The notes under the pieces are model-generated. The model had not been told where the DNA came from, did no database searches, and saw nothing but the letters and a program-made list of their open reading frames with translations. Below are positions 9,872 through 20,252 of a stretch of DNA of 64,000 nt, piece after piece (within the stretch, counting starts at the first letter, position 1; each line of letters opens with the position of its first letter). The stretch covers positions 1 through 64,000 of the IMG/VR virus record IMGVR_UViG_3300021254_001514; one strand, 5' to 3'. The translations under genes and the position numbers were made by a program. The stretch comes from a virus (lineage: Duplodnaviria; Caudoviricetes).

Positions 9872-11602
9872 ATGAAAACAAAATTAGTAAATGAAAACTT
9901 TAAGTCGGAATGGGTAAAAAATCTTCTGATTTCTCGAGGTGTTGATGGCGCGCGCCTTGAAGAATTTTTTAATCCAAGTTGGGCAAACATTTTAGACCCT
10001 TCTTTGCTTGATAATATTGATGAAGCTGCAAGAGCGATTATTGATGCGGTTAATTCAAATTGTCACATAGGTCTCGTAATTGATAGTGATGTGGATGGTA
10101 TTACTAGTGCGACAATTATTTATCAGTATCTTCACGAAGTTAATCCTGATGTAAATATTACCTATTTTTTTCATTCAAGTAAACAACATGGGCTTGAGGA
10201 CTGTTGGGAAAAGTTTATCGAAGCTGGAGTTTCTTTGGTAATTGAACCTGATGCCGGTATAAATGATAAAATTTACCATGATAAATTAGGAGAATGTAAA
10301 ATAAAGACCGTCGTTTTGGATCATCACGAATATGAGAATGGTGGTTTTTCACAGTATGCTATTTATGTAGATAATCAGACTTCTTCAAATTACTTAAACA
10401 AATCTCTGGCTGGTTGCGGAGTGACGTGGCAAGCTTGCCGAAGAATGGATGAAATCTTAGGAACTGATTACTCAAAAAAATATATAGATTTAGTCGCCCT
10501 CGGTTGTGCATCAGATGTAATGAGTCCACTGACTCTTGAAAATCGAGCTGTCTTTGATATAGGTTTTGATAATGTTCAGAATCCAACCTTTAGAGCTTTC
10601 TGTGACAAGCAAGCTTATTCGATGCAGAATATTATTAACTACACTACAGTAGCTTTTTATGTTGCGCCTCTTATTAATGCCTGTATGAGAACTGGTAATT
10701 CTGAAGAAAAGCTTCTTATGTATAAAATGTTTCTTCATCCTGATCGTATGGTCGAGTCTCATAAACGAGGCGCGAAAGGAGAAAGCGTTTCTATTCTTGA
10801 AGAAGGTCTTAGGGTTCTTACGAATGTAAAAGCGCGCCAGCAGCGTTTAATAGACAACTATATAGGTCAATTTCGAGGAAGAATTTTAGAAAATGGCTTG
10901 TCAGATAATAATATTATTGTAATTCCATTAACTGATGAAGATGATTTTACTAGTGAACTAAATGGATTACTAGCTATGAAACTTTCCGGAGAGTTTCATA
11001 AACCATGCTTGTTTTTGCGGGCAAGCAGTGATGGACTTTCCAAGGGAAGCGCGCGAAATCCTAATGGTAGTCCTATTTCAGACTTAAAAGAGTTCTATAG
11101 CGATTGTCCTTATGTTGAGTGGGCTTTTGGTCATGCTAGCGCGCACGGAGTAGCCGTTCAGACAAAACATCTTAATGACTTTGTAGATTGGTTTAATAAA
11201 AAAAGTTCTTGTTACACTTTTAATGAAAATAGTTATGAAGTGAATTTTGAATTAAAAGCAACAGACGAATACTTAAAAGATTTATGTTTAGAAATAGGAC
11301 AATATGATCGTTTATGGGGTGGCAATAATCCAACTCCAGTCATTAGCGTTCGACAAATTCATTTAAACACTAACGAGATTAAAATTCAAGGGAAGAATAA
11401 GGATAGTATTAAATTTGATGTAAATGGTGTTGCCTGTGTAATGTTTAGATGCAAGGAAATCATTGAAAAACTTAGTGCTTATAATCGCGTAACTTTAAAT
11501 TTTGTGGGAAAGGCAAAATTAAATGAGTGGATGGGAAAAACATCGGCTCAGTTAATTATAGAAGAAATAGAAATTTTAGAAGATAATCCTTTAGAGTTTT
11601 GA
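9872..11602 (+). CDS. recJ: RecJ-like DHH ssDNA exonuclease
   Basis: DSDVDG, VLDHH, LAGCGV, DLVALG, APLINA, GSAR, FGHASAHG. Confidence 0.9.
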   Translation: MKTKLVNENFKSEWVKNLLISRGVDGARLEEFFNPSWANILDPSLLDNIDEAARAIIDAVNSNCHIGLVIDSDVDGITSATIIYQYLHEVNPDVNITYFFHSSKQHGLEDCWEKFIEAGVSLVIEPDAGINDKIYHDKLGECKIKTVVLDHHEYENGGFSQYAIYVDNQTSSNYLNKSLAGCGVTWQACRRMDEILGTDYSKKYIDLVALGCASDVMSPLTLENRAVFDIGFDNVQNPTFRAFCDKQAYSMQNIINYTTVAFYVAPLINACMRTGNSEEKLLMYKMFLHPDRMVESHKRGAKGESVSILEEGLRVLTNVKARQQRLIDNYIGQFRGRILENGLSDNNIIVIPLTDEDDFTSELNGLLAMKLSGEFHKPCLFLRASSDGLSKGSARNPNGSPISDLKEFYSDCPYVEWAFGHASAHGVAVQTKHLNDFVDWFNKKSSCYTFNENSYEVNFELKATDEYLKDLCLEIGQYDRLWGGNNPTPVISVRQIHLNTNEIKIQGKNKDSIKFDVNGVACVMFRCKEIIEKLSAYNRVTLNFVGKAKLNEWMGKTSAQLIIEEIEILEDNPLEF

Positions 11603-11627
11603 TTTTTAAAGAAAAATATATTATAAT
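11599..11627 (+). promoter_or_regulatory. Sigma-A-like promoter (first copy of a 41-bp direct repeat)
   Basis: TTGATT-17-TATAAT. Confidence 0.7.
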
Positions 11628-11660
11628 ATTATTATAAAATAAAAAAAGAGGTCAAAACTA

Positions 11661-11999
11661 ATGAAAAAAATACTTGAAAATAATGCTAAAACAAGAGCCT
11701 ATTTAGATTCTTTACCAAAAATTTATATAACTGGGCGCTGGGCGCACTGGGGTATATTAGATTTTCCTTTTAGCGGAAAGTTTGAAGTAGTTCATAATAA
11801 TTTAACAGGGAAAGATGAATACCATCCTCTAGTCTGGAATTATTATGACTATAATGGCCTTGCAGATCAATATCAGTTAGTAGATATTTTTCATACAACA
11901 ACCGGAGTTATTTATGATTGGAGCTTTTTTAAACGATCGGCCGAACTTCTTGCAGAAACTCTTGAATATAAAGATAATAATACCTACACTTCTATTTAA
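11661..11999 (+). CDS. Hypothetical protein bracketed by duplicated promoters
   Basis: GAGG RBS and a 112-aa ORF. No recognisable motif. Confidence 0.7.
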   Translation: MKKILENNAKTRAYLDSLPKIYITGRWAHWGILDFPFSGKFEVVHNNLTGKDEYHPLVWNYYDYNGLADQYQLVDIFHTTTGVIYDWSFFKRSAELLAETLEYKDNNTYTSI

Positions 12000-12000
12000 T

Positions 12001-12029
12001 TTGATTTTTATAGAAAAATGTGTTATAAT
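12001..12029 (+). promoter_or_regulatory. Sigma-A-like promoter of the DNA polymerase gene (second repeat copy)
   Basis: TTGATT-17-TATAAT with extended -10 TG. Confidence 0.75.
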
Positions 12030-12058
12030 ATTATTATAAAGTGGAAAGGAGTTGAAAG

Positions 12059-15000
12059 ATGGATTACTATGGTTCTCTTCATAATCATACACATTATTCA
12101 AACCTTCGTCTGAGGGATTGTATAATTAAAGAAAACGAACTGATAGATTACGCAATAGAACTAGGCCATAAGGTCGTAGCATTTACAGACCATGAATCGT
12201 TGGCTAATGCAGTAAAAGTTGAAAAATATTATAATAAAATCAAGAAAGATAATCCAGACTTTAAAGTAATCCGTGGTAATGAGATTTATCTTGTTAGAAA
12301 TGGATTAAACGCAGACAACTTCGTAAGAGAAATTGATAGATATTACCATTTCATTTTATTAGCAAAAGATTTGGTAGGGTTTTATCAGCTATGTGAAATT
12401 TCCTCTCGAGCTTGGAAGAGATCTTATATGACACGAGGTATGCGTAGAGTTCCTACTTATTATCAAGATATAATTGATGTAATAGGAAACAATCCAGGTC
12501 ATGTAATTGGTAGTACCGCCTGCTTAGGTGGCGCGCTCGCCACACAAATTTTGCGCGCGACTGAAAGAATGGATGAATCTCTTTGGGGAAAGATTGACTT
12601 ATGGATTTCTCAGATGGATGAAGTATTTGGTCATGGAAATTTCTTTTTTGAGATGCAGCCGTCACATACGAAAGAGCAGATTATTGTAAATAAAAAAATT
12701 ATTGAATATAGTAAAAAATTTAATATACCTTATATTATAACTACGGATTCTCATTATCTTAAAAAAGAAGATAGAATTATTCATAAAGCCTATCTTAATG
12801 CACAAAATGGCGAGAGAGAGGTAGATGATTTTTATGCAACAACCTACATGATGGGAACCGAAGAACTTGAATCTTATTTCTCTTATTTAACAAGAGAGCA
12901 GCTTGATGAAGCATATTTAACAATAAAAAAAATTGCTGATAGTTGTGAAGATTATTCGATCTTAAAGCCGCTAAAAATTCCTAACTTAAAATGGAAAGAT
13001 TTTAATTGTGAAATAAGTGATAAAGAAAGAGAGAAACTTTTTGAAAAGATTCCTTATTTAAACACTTTTGCAAAATCTGAATATGTAAGCGACCAGGTAT
13101 TGGTAGACGCCATTATAAAAGGTATCTACACTCATACAGATCTTCAAAATCAAGAAGCATATGATGAAATAAATGCTTGTCTTGAAGATACTTGGGTATC
13201 CTCAAACGTAAATAATGCTCGATGGAGTGCTTATTATTTAAATCTTCAGAATATTATTGATATTTGTTGGGAAGCGGGCAGTTTAGTTGGCCCAGGAAGA
13301 GGTTCGGGTGTTGGCTTTATCTTACTTTATTGCTTAGATATAACCCAAATAAATCCATTAAGAGAAACAACCAAGTGTTATAGATGGAGATTCTTAAATC
13401 CAAATCGTGTTTCTGTTTTGGATGTTGATTTTGATATAGAGGGCGGCCGCAGAGCACAAGTTCTGAATGCTTTTCGTAAATATTATGGAGAGGATAGAGT
13501 TGCTAATGTAGCAACTTTTAGAACAGAAAAGTCTAAGTCGGCAATCCTTACCGCCGCAAGAGGTCTGGGTATTGATGTGGATATTGCTCAATATATAGCA
13601 AGCTTAATCCCAGCAGATAGAGGACAGTTAAGATCTCTTAAACAATGTATGGAAGGAGATCAAGAAAATGATTGGAAACCAATTAAACAGTTTGTAACAG
13701 AAATGACACAAAATTATCCTGAATTATGGACGGTAGCTCAAAGAATTGAGGGATTAATTTGTGGATACGGTATTCATGCAGGCGGAGTTATTTTTGTTGA
13801 CGAGCCGTTTACTAACTCTACTGGTTTGATGCGGGCGCCTGATGGAACAATCTGTACTCAGTTTGAGCTTCATGATTGTGAGGATGTAAGTCTTATTAAA
13901 TATGACGCATTATCCGTAGAAGCGATGGATAAAATTCATAATTGTATTGATTTGTTATGTGAATATGGATATGCGAAAAAGAAAAATACTTTAAAGGAAA
14001 CATACGAAAGTTTAATTGGTATTTATAATCTTGAAAGAGAAGATGAAAAAATGTGGAAGATGGTATTGAACCATGAAATAAATTCTCTCTTTCAGATGGA
14101 AAAACAGTCTGGTATAAATGGTATTGCAGCCTTAAAACCGACCTCGGTAGACGACTTAGCCACATTAAATTCTGTTATTCGTCTTATGGCACAAGAAAAA
14201 GGTGGTGAAATGCCAACTGAAAAACTTGCACGATTTAAAGCTAATCCTTCTTTATGGGACAAAGAAATGGAAGAATGGGGACTTTCTTTAGAAGAACGGA
14301 AGCTTCTTCATTCTGTTCTTGATACTTCTTATGGTATTTGTGAGTCACAAGAAGGTTTTATGACATTAGTGCAGATACCAGAATGTGGTGGATTTGATCT
14401 GACTTGGGCAGATCGCCTTCGTAAATCTATTGCAAAAAAGAACCCGAAGGAGTTTGACCAGCTTACGATTGAATATTTTAATAACTGTGAAGAAAAGAAT
14501 CTTAGTCGCAATCTTTGTAATTATGTGTGGAAAGTATTGGTTGCATATAGCAGGGGGTACGGATTTAATAAGAGTCATACTCTTGCCTATAGTTTGATAG
14601 CTCTTCAAGAAATGAATTTAGCTTTTAAATATCCAATAATCTTTTGGAATACGGCTTGTTTAATTAGTGATGCTGGCGGCAACGGTAATGAGGACATAGA
14701 AGAAAGCGAAGAGTATAAGGAAGAGACTTGTTTTGATGAGTTTGTAGATTTTGGAGAAGAAAAAGAAGATGATGAAGAAAGTGATGAAGATGATGAAGAT
14801 TCTGTAAAGGATAAAGTAAAAAAGAAAAAAGTAAAATCTACCAACTATGGAAAAATAGCCAGTGCAATAGGCAAAATAAAATCTTCCGGAATAAAGGTAG
14901 TGTCACCTGATATTAATGAATCCACATTCACCTTTTCTCCAGATGTAGAAAATAATCAAATTAGATATGGAATGTCTGGAATCACTAAAGTAGGCGAAGA

Positions 15001-16030
15001 ATTGGTTAATAGTATTATTGCTGGGCGCCCTTATAAAGATATTGATGATTTTTTAAGTCGCATCAAAGTTAATAAACCTCAAATGATAAATCTTATTAAG
15101 TCTGGCGCGTTCGATCGTTTTGGAGAACGAATTGACATAATGCACCAGTATATAAATAAGATAAGTGACACAAAAAAGAGAATCACTTTACAAAACATGA
15201 AAATGTTAATTGATTTTGGTCTTATTCCGGATGAGTATGATCTTCAACGTAGAGTGTTTAATTTTAATAAATATATAAAGAAAAGCAAGAAAGATGAGTT
15301 CTATTTAGTTGACGAAATAGCTTTCAATTTTTTAGAGAAAAATTTTGATATAGACGTTTTGGTTCCAAGTGAAGAAGCAGAAAGTGGTTTTAAAATTAAA
15401 CAAACAGTATGGGATAATATTTATCAAAGACAAATGGATATTATAAGACCCTACGTTAAAAAGAATAATGCAGAATTACTTGAAAAAGTAAATAATAAAT
15501 TAACAGAAGATGTATGGAATAAATATTGTAGCGGTTCTATTAGTAAGTGGGAAATGGATTCAATTTCTTGTTACATCCATAAACATGAATTAAGTGAAGT
15601 CAACTATGAAGAATACGGATGGAAACATTTTAATGATTTACCCACGACGCCTGAAATAGAAAAATACATTCCAATAAAAGGAAAAATGATTCCAATTTTT
15701 AAGTTAAATAGAATTGCCGGAACAGTGCTTGATAGAGATAAATCAAAAAAGACAGTGACTTTATTAACAGAAGATGGAGTTGTAGTTGTAAAAATTTATG
15801 GAGTTTTTCAAAATTATGACAAACAAATTTCTGAAAAGGGTGCAGATGGAAAGAAGCACGTTTTAAGAAAAAGCGAGTTTTCTCGTGGAAATAAAATTGT
15901 AGTGATAGGAATACGAGATGATGAGGGATTCCGCGCGAAGAAATATAAAAACACCCCATTTCATATCATAGAAACTATAGGTTCTATTGAAAATGGAAAA
16001 GTATTTATTGACAATAGGAATGATGAGTAA
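12059..16030 (+). CDS. dnaE: DNA polymerase III alpha subunit (family C, with PHP domain)
   Basis: LHNHTHYS, FTDHE, TTDSHY, GPGRGSGVG, LDVDFD, GIHAGG, IKYDALS, YGFNKSH. Confidence 0.95.
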   Translation: MDYYGSLHNHTHYSNLRLRDCIIKENELIDYAIELGHKVVAFTDHESLANAVKVEKYYNKIKKDNPDFKVIRGNEIYLVRNGLNADNFVREIDRYYHFILLAKDLVGFYQLCEISSRAWKRSYMTRGMRRVPTYYQDIIDVIGNNPGHVIGSTACLGGALATQILRATERMDESLWGKIDLWISQMDEVFGHGNFFFEMQPSHTKEQIIVNKKIIEYSKKFNIPYIITTDSHYLKKEDRIIHKAYLNAQNGEREVDDFYATTYMMGTEELESYFSYLTREQLDEAYLTIKKIADSCEDYSILKPLKIPNLKWKDFNCEISDKEREKLFEKIPYLNTFAKSEYVSDQVLVDAIIKGIYTHTDLQNQEAYDEINACLEDTWVSSNVNNARWSAYYLNLQNIIDICWEAGSLVGPGRGSGVGFILLYCLDITQINPLRETTKCYRWRFLNPNRVSVLDVDFDIEGGRRAQVLNAFRKYYGEDRVANVATFRTEKSKSAILTAARGLGIDVDIAQYIASLIPADRGQLRSLKQCMEGDQENDWKPIKQFVTEMTQNYPELWTVAQRIEGLICGYGIHAGGVIFVDEPFTNSTGLMRAPDGTICTQFELHDCEDVSLIKYDALSVEAMDKIHNCIDLLCEYGYAKKKNTLKETYESLIGIYNLEREDEKMWKMVLNHEINSLFQMEKQSGINGIAALKPTSVDDLATLNSVIRLMAQEKGGEMPTEKLARFKANPSLWDKEMEEWGLSLEERKLLHSVLDTSYGICESQEGFMTLVQIPECGGFDLTWADRLRKSIAKKNPKEFDQLTIEYFNNCEEKNLSRNLCNYVWKVLVAYSRGYGFNKSHTLAYSLIALQEMNLAFKYPIIFWNTACLISDAGGNGNEDIEESEEYKEETCFDEFVDFGEEKEDDEESDEDDEDSVKDKVKKKKVKSTNYGKIASAIGKIKSSGIKVVSPDINESTFTFSPDVENNQIRYGMSGITKVGEELVNSIIAGRPYKDIDDFLSRIKVNKPQMINLIKSGAFDRFGERIDIMHQYINKISDTKKRITLQNMKMLIDFGLIPDEYDLQRRVFNFNKYIKKSKKDEFYLVDEIAFNFLEKNFDIDVLVPSEEAESGFKIKQTVWDNIYQRQMDIIRPYVKKNNAELLEKVNNKLTEDVWNKYCSGSISKWEMDSISCYIHKHELSEVNYEEYGWKHFNDLPTTPEIEKYIPIKGKMIPIFKLNRIAGTVLDRDKSKKTVTLLTEDGVVVVKIYGVFQNYDKQISEKGADGKKHVLRKSEFSRGNKIVVIGIRDDEGFRAKKYKNTPFHIIETIGSIENGKVFIDNRNDE

Positions 16031-17172
16031 TGGGTACGATAGCTGTACATGATGCTGACTTTTTTAAATATGAAAATGTTATTCCAAACTTAGAATGTGC
16101 TAAACTGGTAACTTATTATAGAAATAATAATGAGATCGCGCTTCTGACGCCGCACTTGGCGCCAGAGCGCTATACCAAATTTATTGTAAGAAAAGAATAT
16201 AATGACGATGATTTTCCAAAAGAATTGTTTGCTCCTAACTGTGAATATGGCGGGCGAGCGTTTAATCCAAGTAAATATATACCGCTATCGCCCAAGATAG
16301 AAAAAACAATTCCAGATATGCACATTTATGATAAATATATCTCCTATTTTGGAAAAAAGAAAACTCATATAACGCAAATAAAAAGAATTTTAAATTGCGC
16401 GCACATAAGACTTGCGCCGGATTCAAAAAATTTATTGCCTTTTGAAGCTTTTAAACCATATTTTGATTTAAAGCCAACCGGAATATTTTTACACGATTAT
16501 GATTTAGCTTCTTTAAAACCTTATGATTTAATAAAACAGTTACAAGATCAAAGGAAGTTCATTACAAAATTTGGAATTAATCCTTATCCTGTTGGTAATA
16601 AGTACCCTATAATAATAAACAATCCCGAAGAACTTGAGAAATGGATGCAAATAGTAACTATCCCTAATGCTTTTTTTCTTGAGTACAGAGGATTTATGCC
16701 TGACGCACTTTTGTATAAACTATGCCTTGATAATAAACGCATGGCGCGTCAAATATATTATAATGTCTCTAGTGGATGCTCCTCAGAGAACGATTTTTTT
16801 ATAAATGTATTACCAAAAATTTTTATTCAGGCTTTATTTTTACGAAAGGCTGGAGTAAAAATTTTACTTACATACGATGAAGATTTTTTAAAGACCCATG
16901 AATTAAAAAAATTTATAGAGTTAATAAATTGCTGGATAAGTTTTCAGTGGAAAGAAGGCTTTGCGCCGCTCAGACAGACTCTATATGTTTTTTGTAGAGA
17001 TAATAAAAAACTTCATTATACAAACTGGGCATTTCAAAATGTTACTGTAAGTGTTGATGAATGTAGAGATATATTTCAATATACAAGAGAAAAAAATTAC
17101 GATTTTTTTAAACTATTTTATGAATGTGACTCAGTAATTCTTAAAAAGGGGGTGTTTGTGAGTGAGTGGTGA
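16030..17172 (+). CDS. Hypothetical protein; N-terminus resembles a phage radical-SAM-associated family but there is no CxxxCxxC
   Basis: DADFF..VIPNLECAKLVTYY...YGGRAF...IEKTIPDMHIY. Family resemblance is recalled, not computed. Confidence 0.45.
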   Translation: MGTIAVHDADFFKYENVIPNLECAKLVTYYRNNNEIALLTPHLAPERYTKFIVRKEYNDDDFPKELFAPNCEYGGRAFNPSKYIPLSPKIEKTIPDMHIYDKYISYFGKKKTHITQIKRILNCAHIRLAPDSKNLLPFEAFKPYFDLKPTGIFLHDYDLASLKPYDLIKQLQDQRKFITKFGINPYPVGNKYPIIINNPEELEKWMQIVTIPNAFFLEYRGFMPDALLYKLCLDNKRMARQIYYNVSSGCSSENDFFINVLPKIFIQALFLRKAGVKILLTYDEDFLKTHELKKFIELINCWISFQWKEGFAPLRQTLYVFCRDNKKLHYTNWAFQNVTVSVDECRDIFQYTREKNYDFFKLFYECDSVILKKGVFVSEW

Positions 17173-17356
17173 AGAGATTAGAAAAAATATTATTTCTCTT
17201 AATGAATCTATAATGGATGCAGTTAATCCCGCTGTTTTTGTATTAAATTCAAAAGTGCAGGAAGCACAAAAAGAGATTTTAAGACTTAGGGGTCTTTGTA
17301 ATCACGAATATGATGATTTAGGGTATTGTATTTATTGTGATAAAAGGAAGGATTGA
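17162..17356 (+). CDS. Small hypothetical protein with a Cys/His motif
   Basis: CNHEY...YCIYC. GTG start overlaps the previous stop. Confidence 0.65.
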   Translation: MSGEEIRKNIISLNESIMDAVNPAVFVLNSKVQEAQKEILRLRGLCNHEYDDLGYCIYCDKRKD

Positions 17357-17358
17357 AA

Positions 17359-17571
17359 ATGAAAGTGATTTTATATACAACACACTGTCCAAGATGTAAT
17401 GTATTGGCGGCTAAATTACAAGAAAAAGAGATTGAATATCAGGAAGTTACTGATGTAAAGAAAATGTTAGAAATGGGAATTACTACCGCGCCGAAGCTAG
17501 AAGTAGAAGGTAATCCATTAATGGATTTTAAAGAAGCTGTTGAGTGGGTTAGAAAATTTGGAGGAAGATAA
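17359..17571 (+). CDS. nrdH: Glutaredoxin/NrdH-like redoxin
   Basis: LYTTHCPRC and TAPKL; directly upstream of nrdD. Confidence 0.8.
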   Translation: MKVILYTTHCPRCNVLAAKLQEKEIEYQEVTDVKKMLEMGITTAPKLEVEGNPLMDFKEAVEWVRKFGGR

Positions 17572-19493
17572 TGAATATTAATATCAAAACAAAGAAGAAT
17601 TTTCAGACTCAGTTCAATAAAATGGTTGAACAATATGGAGAAGAATTTCTTCGCTTACAAGGTCTCAATGATGAAAAATTAAGTTTAACAGAGTTCATTG
17701 ATAATTTTATAGACTCTGATAATGTTGCTAATACTTCCGTAGATTCTAATGCAAATATTGCTCAGAAAGACATAGTTACTCTTACATCTGAAATGTCTAA
17801 GCCTCACCAAAAACTTTTAGCTTTTAATAAGTTATATTATGAATTAAATAAAAAATATGGCTTTAAGATTGCTAACCAGGCCATGGAGGCTCTTTGGTCA
17901 TATGCAATTTATATGCATGATTTTAATACAGCAACTTTTACCAGCTATTGTTTTGCGTATGATATTAAAGATATAGTAGAAAAAGGCCTATTCTTTATTG
18001 ATAATTATAATGCCAAGCCCGCGCGGCATTTAGATAGTTTTATCCAAATTCTAATGGAATCTATTGCTTTTCTTAGCCGGAGACAGTCTGGTGCAGTTGG
18101 TTTACCAAACTTAATTCCATATCTTTATTATTATTGGAGTCGTGATGTAGCTTCTGGATACTACACAAAAGACCCAGAAACTTACAAGCATCAACAGCTT
18201 CAGTCTTTAATTTATAGATTAAACCAGCCTTGGGTACGTTCAGACCAAGCTGCATTTACTAACGTCAGTGTTTTTGACCACCCTTATTTTGAAGCTATAT
18301 TTGGCGGCGCGCAGTTTCCTGATGGGAAATTCATGATAGATGAAGAAGAGGAAATTATCCAATTTCAGAAAGATTTTGTGGATGTAATAAATGAAATTAG
18401 AGAAGAGAACATCTTCACGTTCCCGGTAATGACAGCTTCTCTTCTTTATCAGGGACATTTTGTTGATGAAGAATTTGCTAGGTGGGCTTGCGAAGCTTCG
18501 AGAAAATGGAATCTATTCAATTTCTTCACGGACAGTACGGTCAATAGTTTGTCTAATTGTTGCCGACTAAAATCTGACGTTACTGACCTTTACTTTAATA
18601 GTATTGGAGGTACAGCATTAAAAGTAGGTTCCGTAAAAGTATCAACACTTAATATTGCAAGAGTCGCATATCAGAGTAGTGATGAAACGGACTTCTTGAT
18701 TAAATTAAGAAACTTAACAAATCTTAACCTAAAAATTCTTGATGTACAAAGAAATATTATTAAGAGAAATGCAGAAAAAGGTCTCCTTCCTAACTTTTCG
18801 TCTGGCTTAATTGACTTTGAACATCTTTATTCCACCATAGGTATTAATGGTATTTACGAAACAATGAAAACCTTTGGTTATGTTGAGGTTGATGAGTTTG
18901 GAAACAGCTTTTATAAAGAAGAAGCCTTTAGTTTAGGAAAACGATTATTTAAAGTAATTAAAACCTGTATTGATGACTTCGTTCTTGATAAGGATTATAA
19001 ATTAAATATTGAACAAGCTCCCGCTGAGCAGGCGGCAGTTAAAATGCAAGCCGCAGATAAATATTTATATCCTAAAGAAGTTGTTGAAGATTTGCCTCTT
19101 TATGGAAATCAATGGATTCCTCTTGGTATCAAAGCTACAATAGCAGAGCGTACAAGAATTTGTGCAGCTTTTGATTCTTATTGTAACGGTGGTTCCATCG
19201 AACACATAAATGTTGATGCTCCTTTTGAAAACTTTGAACAAGCTTGGCATATGCTTAATTGGGTGGCTGAACAAGGAGTAACTTATTTTGCTTTTAATGG
19301 AAAAATTTCTCAGTGTAAAAATAAGCACAGTTTCTATGGAGAAATTTGCCCAAAGTGCGGAGAACCAAAAGATTTGGAATATACTAGAATTGTAGGTTTT
19401 TATGTTCCAACTATTACTTGGTCAGAGCAAAGAAAGCAAGAAGGGCTATTGCGAGAATGGATGCCCGTTAATGAAAAAGGAGAGCTTGCTTGA
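17571..19493 (+). CDS. nrdD: Anaerobic (class III) ribonucleoside-triphosphate reductase
   Basis: QSGAVG, TFPV, SNCCRL, STIGINGIYE, GGSIEH, the Zn ribbon CKNKH..CPKCG and the glycyl-radical motif TRIVGFY. Confidence 0.92.
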   Translation: MNINIKTKKNFQTQFNKMVEQYGEEFLRLQGLNDEKLSLTEFIDNFIDSDNVANTSVDSNANIAQKDIVTLTSEMSKPHQKLLAFNKLYYELNKKYGFKIANQAMEALWSYAIYMHDFNTATFTSYCFAYDIKDIVEKGLFFIDNYNAKPARHLDSFIQILMESIAFLSRRQSGAVGLPNLIPYLYYYWSRDVASGYYTKDPETYKHQQLQSLIYRLNQPWVRSDQAAFTNVSVFDHPYFEAIFGGAQFPDGKFMIDEEEEIIQFQKDFVDVINEIREENIFTFPVMTASLLYQGHFVDEEFARWACEASRKWNLFNFFTDSTVNSLSNCCRLKSDVTDLYFNSIGGTALKVGSVKVSTLNIARVAYQSSDETDFLIKLRNLTNLNLKILDVQRNIIKRNAEKGLLPNFSSGLIDFEHLYSTIGINGIYETMKTFGYVEVDEFGNSFYKEEAFSLGKRLFKVIKTCIDDFVLDKDYKLNIEQAPAEQAAVKMQAADKYLYPKEVVEDLPLYGNQWIPLGIKATIAERTRICAAFDSYCNGGSIEHINVDAPFENFEQAWHMLNWVAEQGVTYFAFNGKISQCKNKHSFYGEICPKCGEPKDLEYTRIVGFYVPTITWSEQRKQEGLLREWMPVNEKGELA

Positions 19494-19729
19494 TGAACAT
19501 AATTGATAAACCAGTTAAAACAAAAATTTTAATGCCTGAGGTGCCGGCAAAGAGAGTTCGGCACCTCGTAGAGGTAATAAAAAATATGGATGACAATGAT
19601 CCAGTTACCTTACAATTTTTATTAGTTGCGCTTTTCCCTAATGTTTGGAATAATATAAAACAATACGCTACAGACTGCTATACAAACGGATATATTCAAG
19701 GACTTGAGGATGCAAAAAATGAGAATTAA
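19493..19729 (+). CDS. Hypothetical protein
   Basis: Coupled ORF between nrdD and nrdG. Confidence 0.65.
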   Translation: MNIIDKPVKTKILMPEVPAKRVRHLVEVIKNMDDNDPVTLQFLLVALFPNVWNNIKQYATDCYTNGYIQGLEDAKNEN

Positions 19730-20252
19730 GAATCTGATAGATGAAGATTTTATTAACTATAAGCTCCCATCTATGTATATAGCTTTTCCAAGTTGCTCCT
19801 TCAAATGCGACAGAGAAAACGGTTGTGCTTTATGTCAAAACTCTCATTTAACAAAAGAAAAAGACATAGTTATAGAGAAAGAAGAGTTAGTGGAAAGATA
19901 CTTGAAAAACCCCATAACAAGCGCAATCGTATTGGCCGGACTAGAACCTTTTGATAGTGAATTTGATTTACTACCTTTTATTGATTGTCTTCGACGAAAA
20001 TATGATTGCAAAGATACTGTGGTAATTTATACTGGTTATACAGAAGAAGAATTAAAAAAAGGTGAGTTTGGCACTGGAGAAAATAGTGAATTAAAATCTA
20101 AATATTGGGAAGAGCTAATTGGCTACGGAAATATAATCGTAAAATTTGGACGTTTTAGACCTAATAATAAGAAACATTTTGATAATGTATTAGGAGTTTA
20201 TTTGTGTAGTGACAATCAATATGCTAAGGAGTATATTAATGAAAGTTTGTGA
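19719..20252 (+). CDS. nrdG: Class III RNR activase (radical SAM)
   Basis: DEDFINYKLPSMYIAF, CSFKCDRENGCALCQN, LAGLEPF, VIYTGY, KFGRF, SDNQY. Confidence 0.85.
   Translation: MRIKNLIDEDFINYKLPSMYIAFPSCSFKCDRENGCALCQNSHLTKEKDIVIEKEELVERYLKNPITSAIVLAGLEPFDSEFDLLPFIDCLRRKYDCKDTVVIYTGYTEEELKKGEFGTGENSELKSKYWEELIGYGNIIVKFGRFRPNNKKHFDNVLGVYLCSDNQYAKEYINESL

Noticed and set aside
12059-19493. Intein or intron in DnaE or NrdD
   Set aside because: Lengths are typical for these phage proteins, the frames are uninterrupted, and no splice-junction or LAGLIDADG/HNH motifs were seen.
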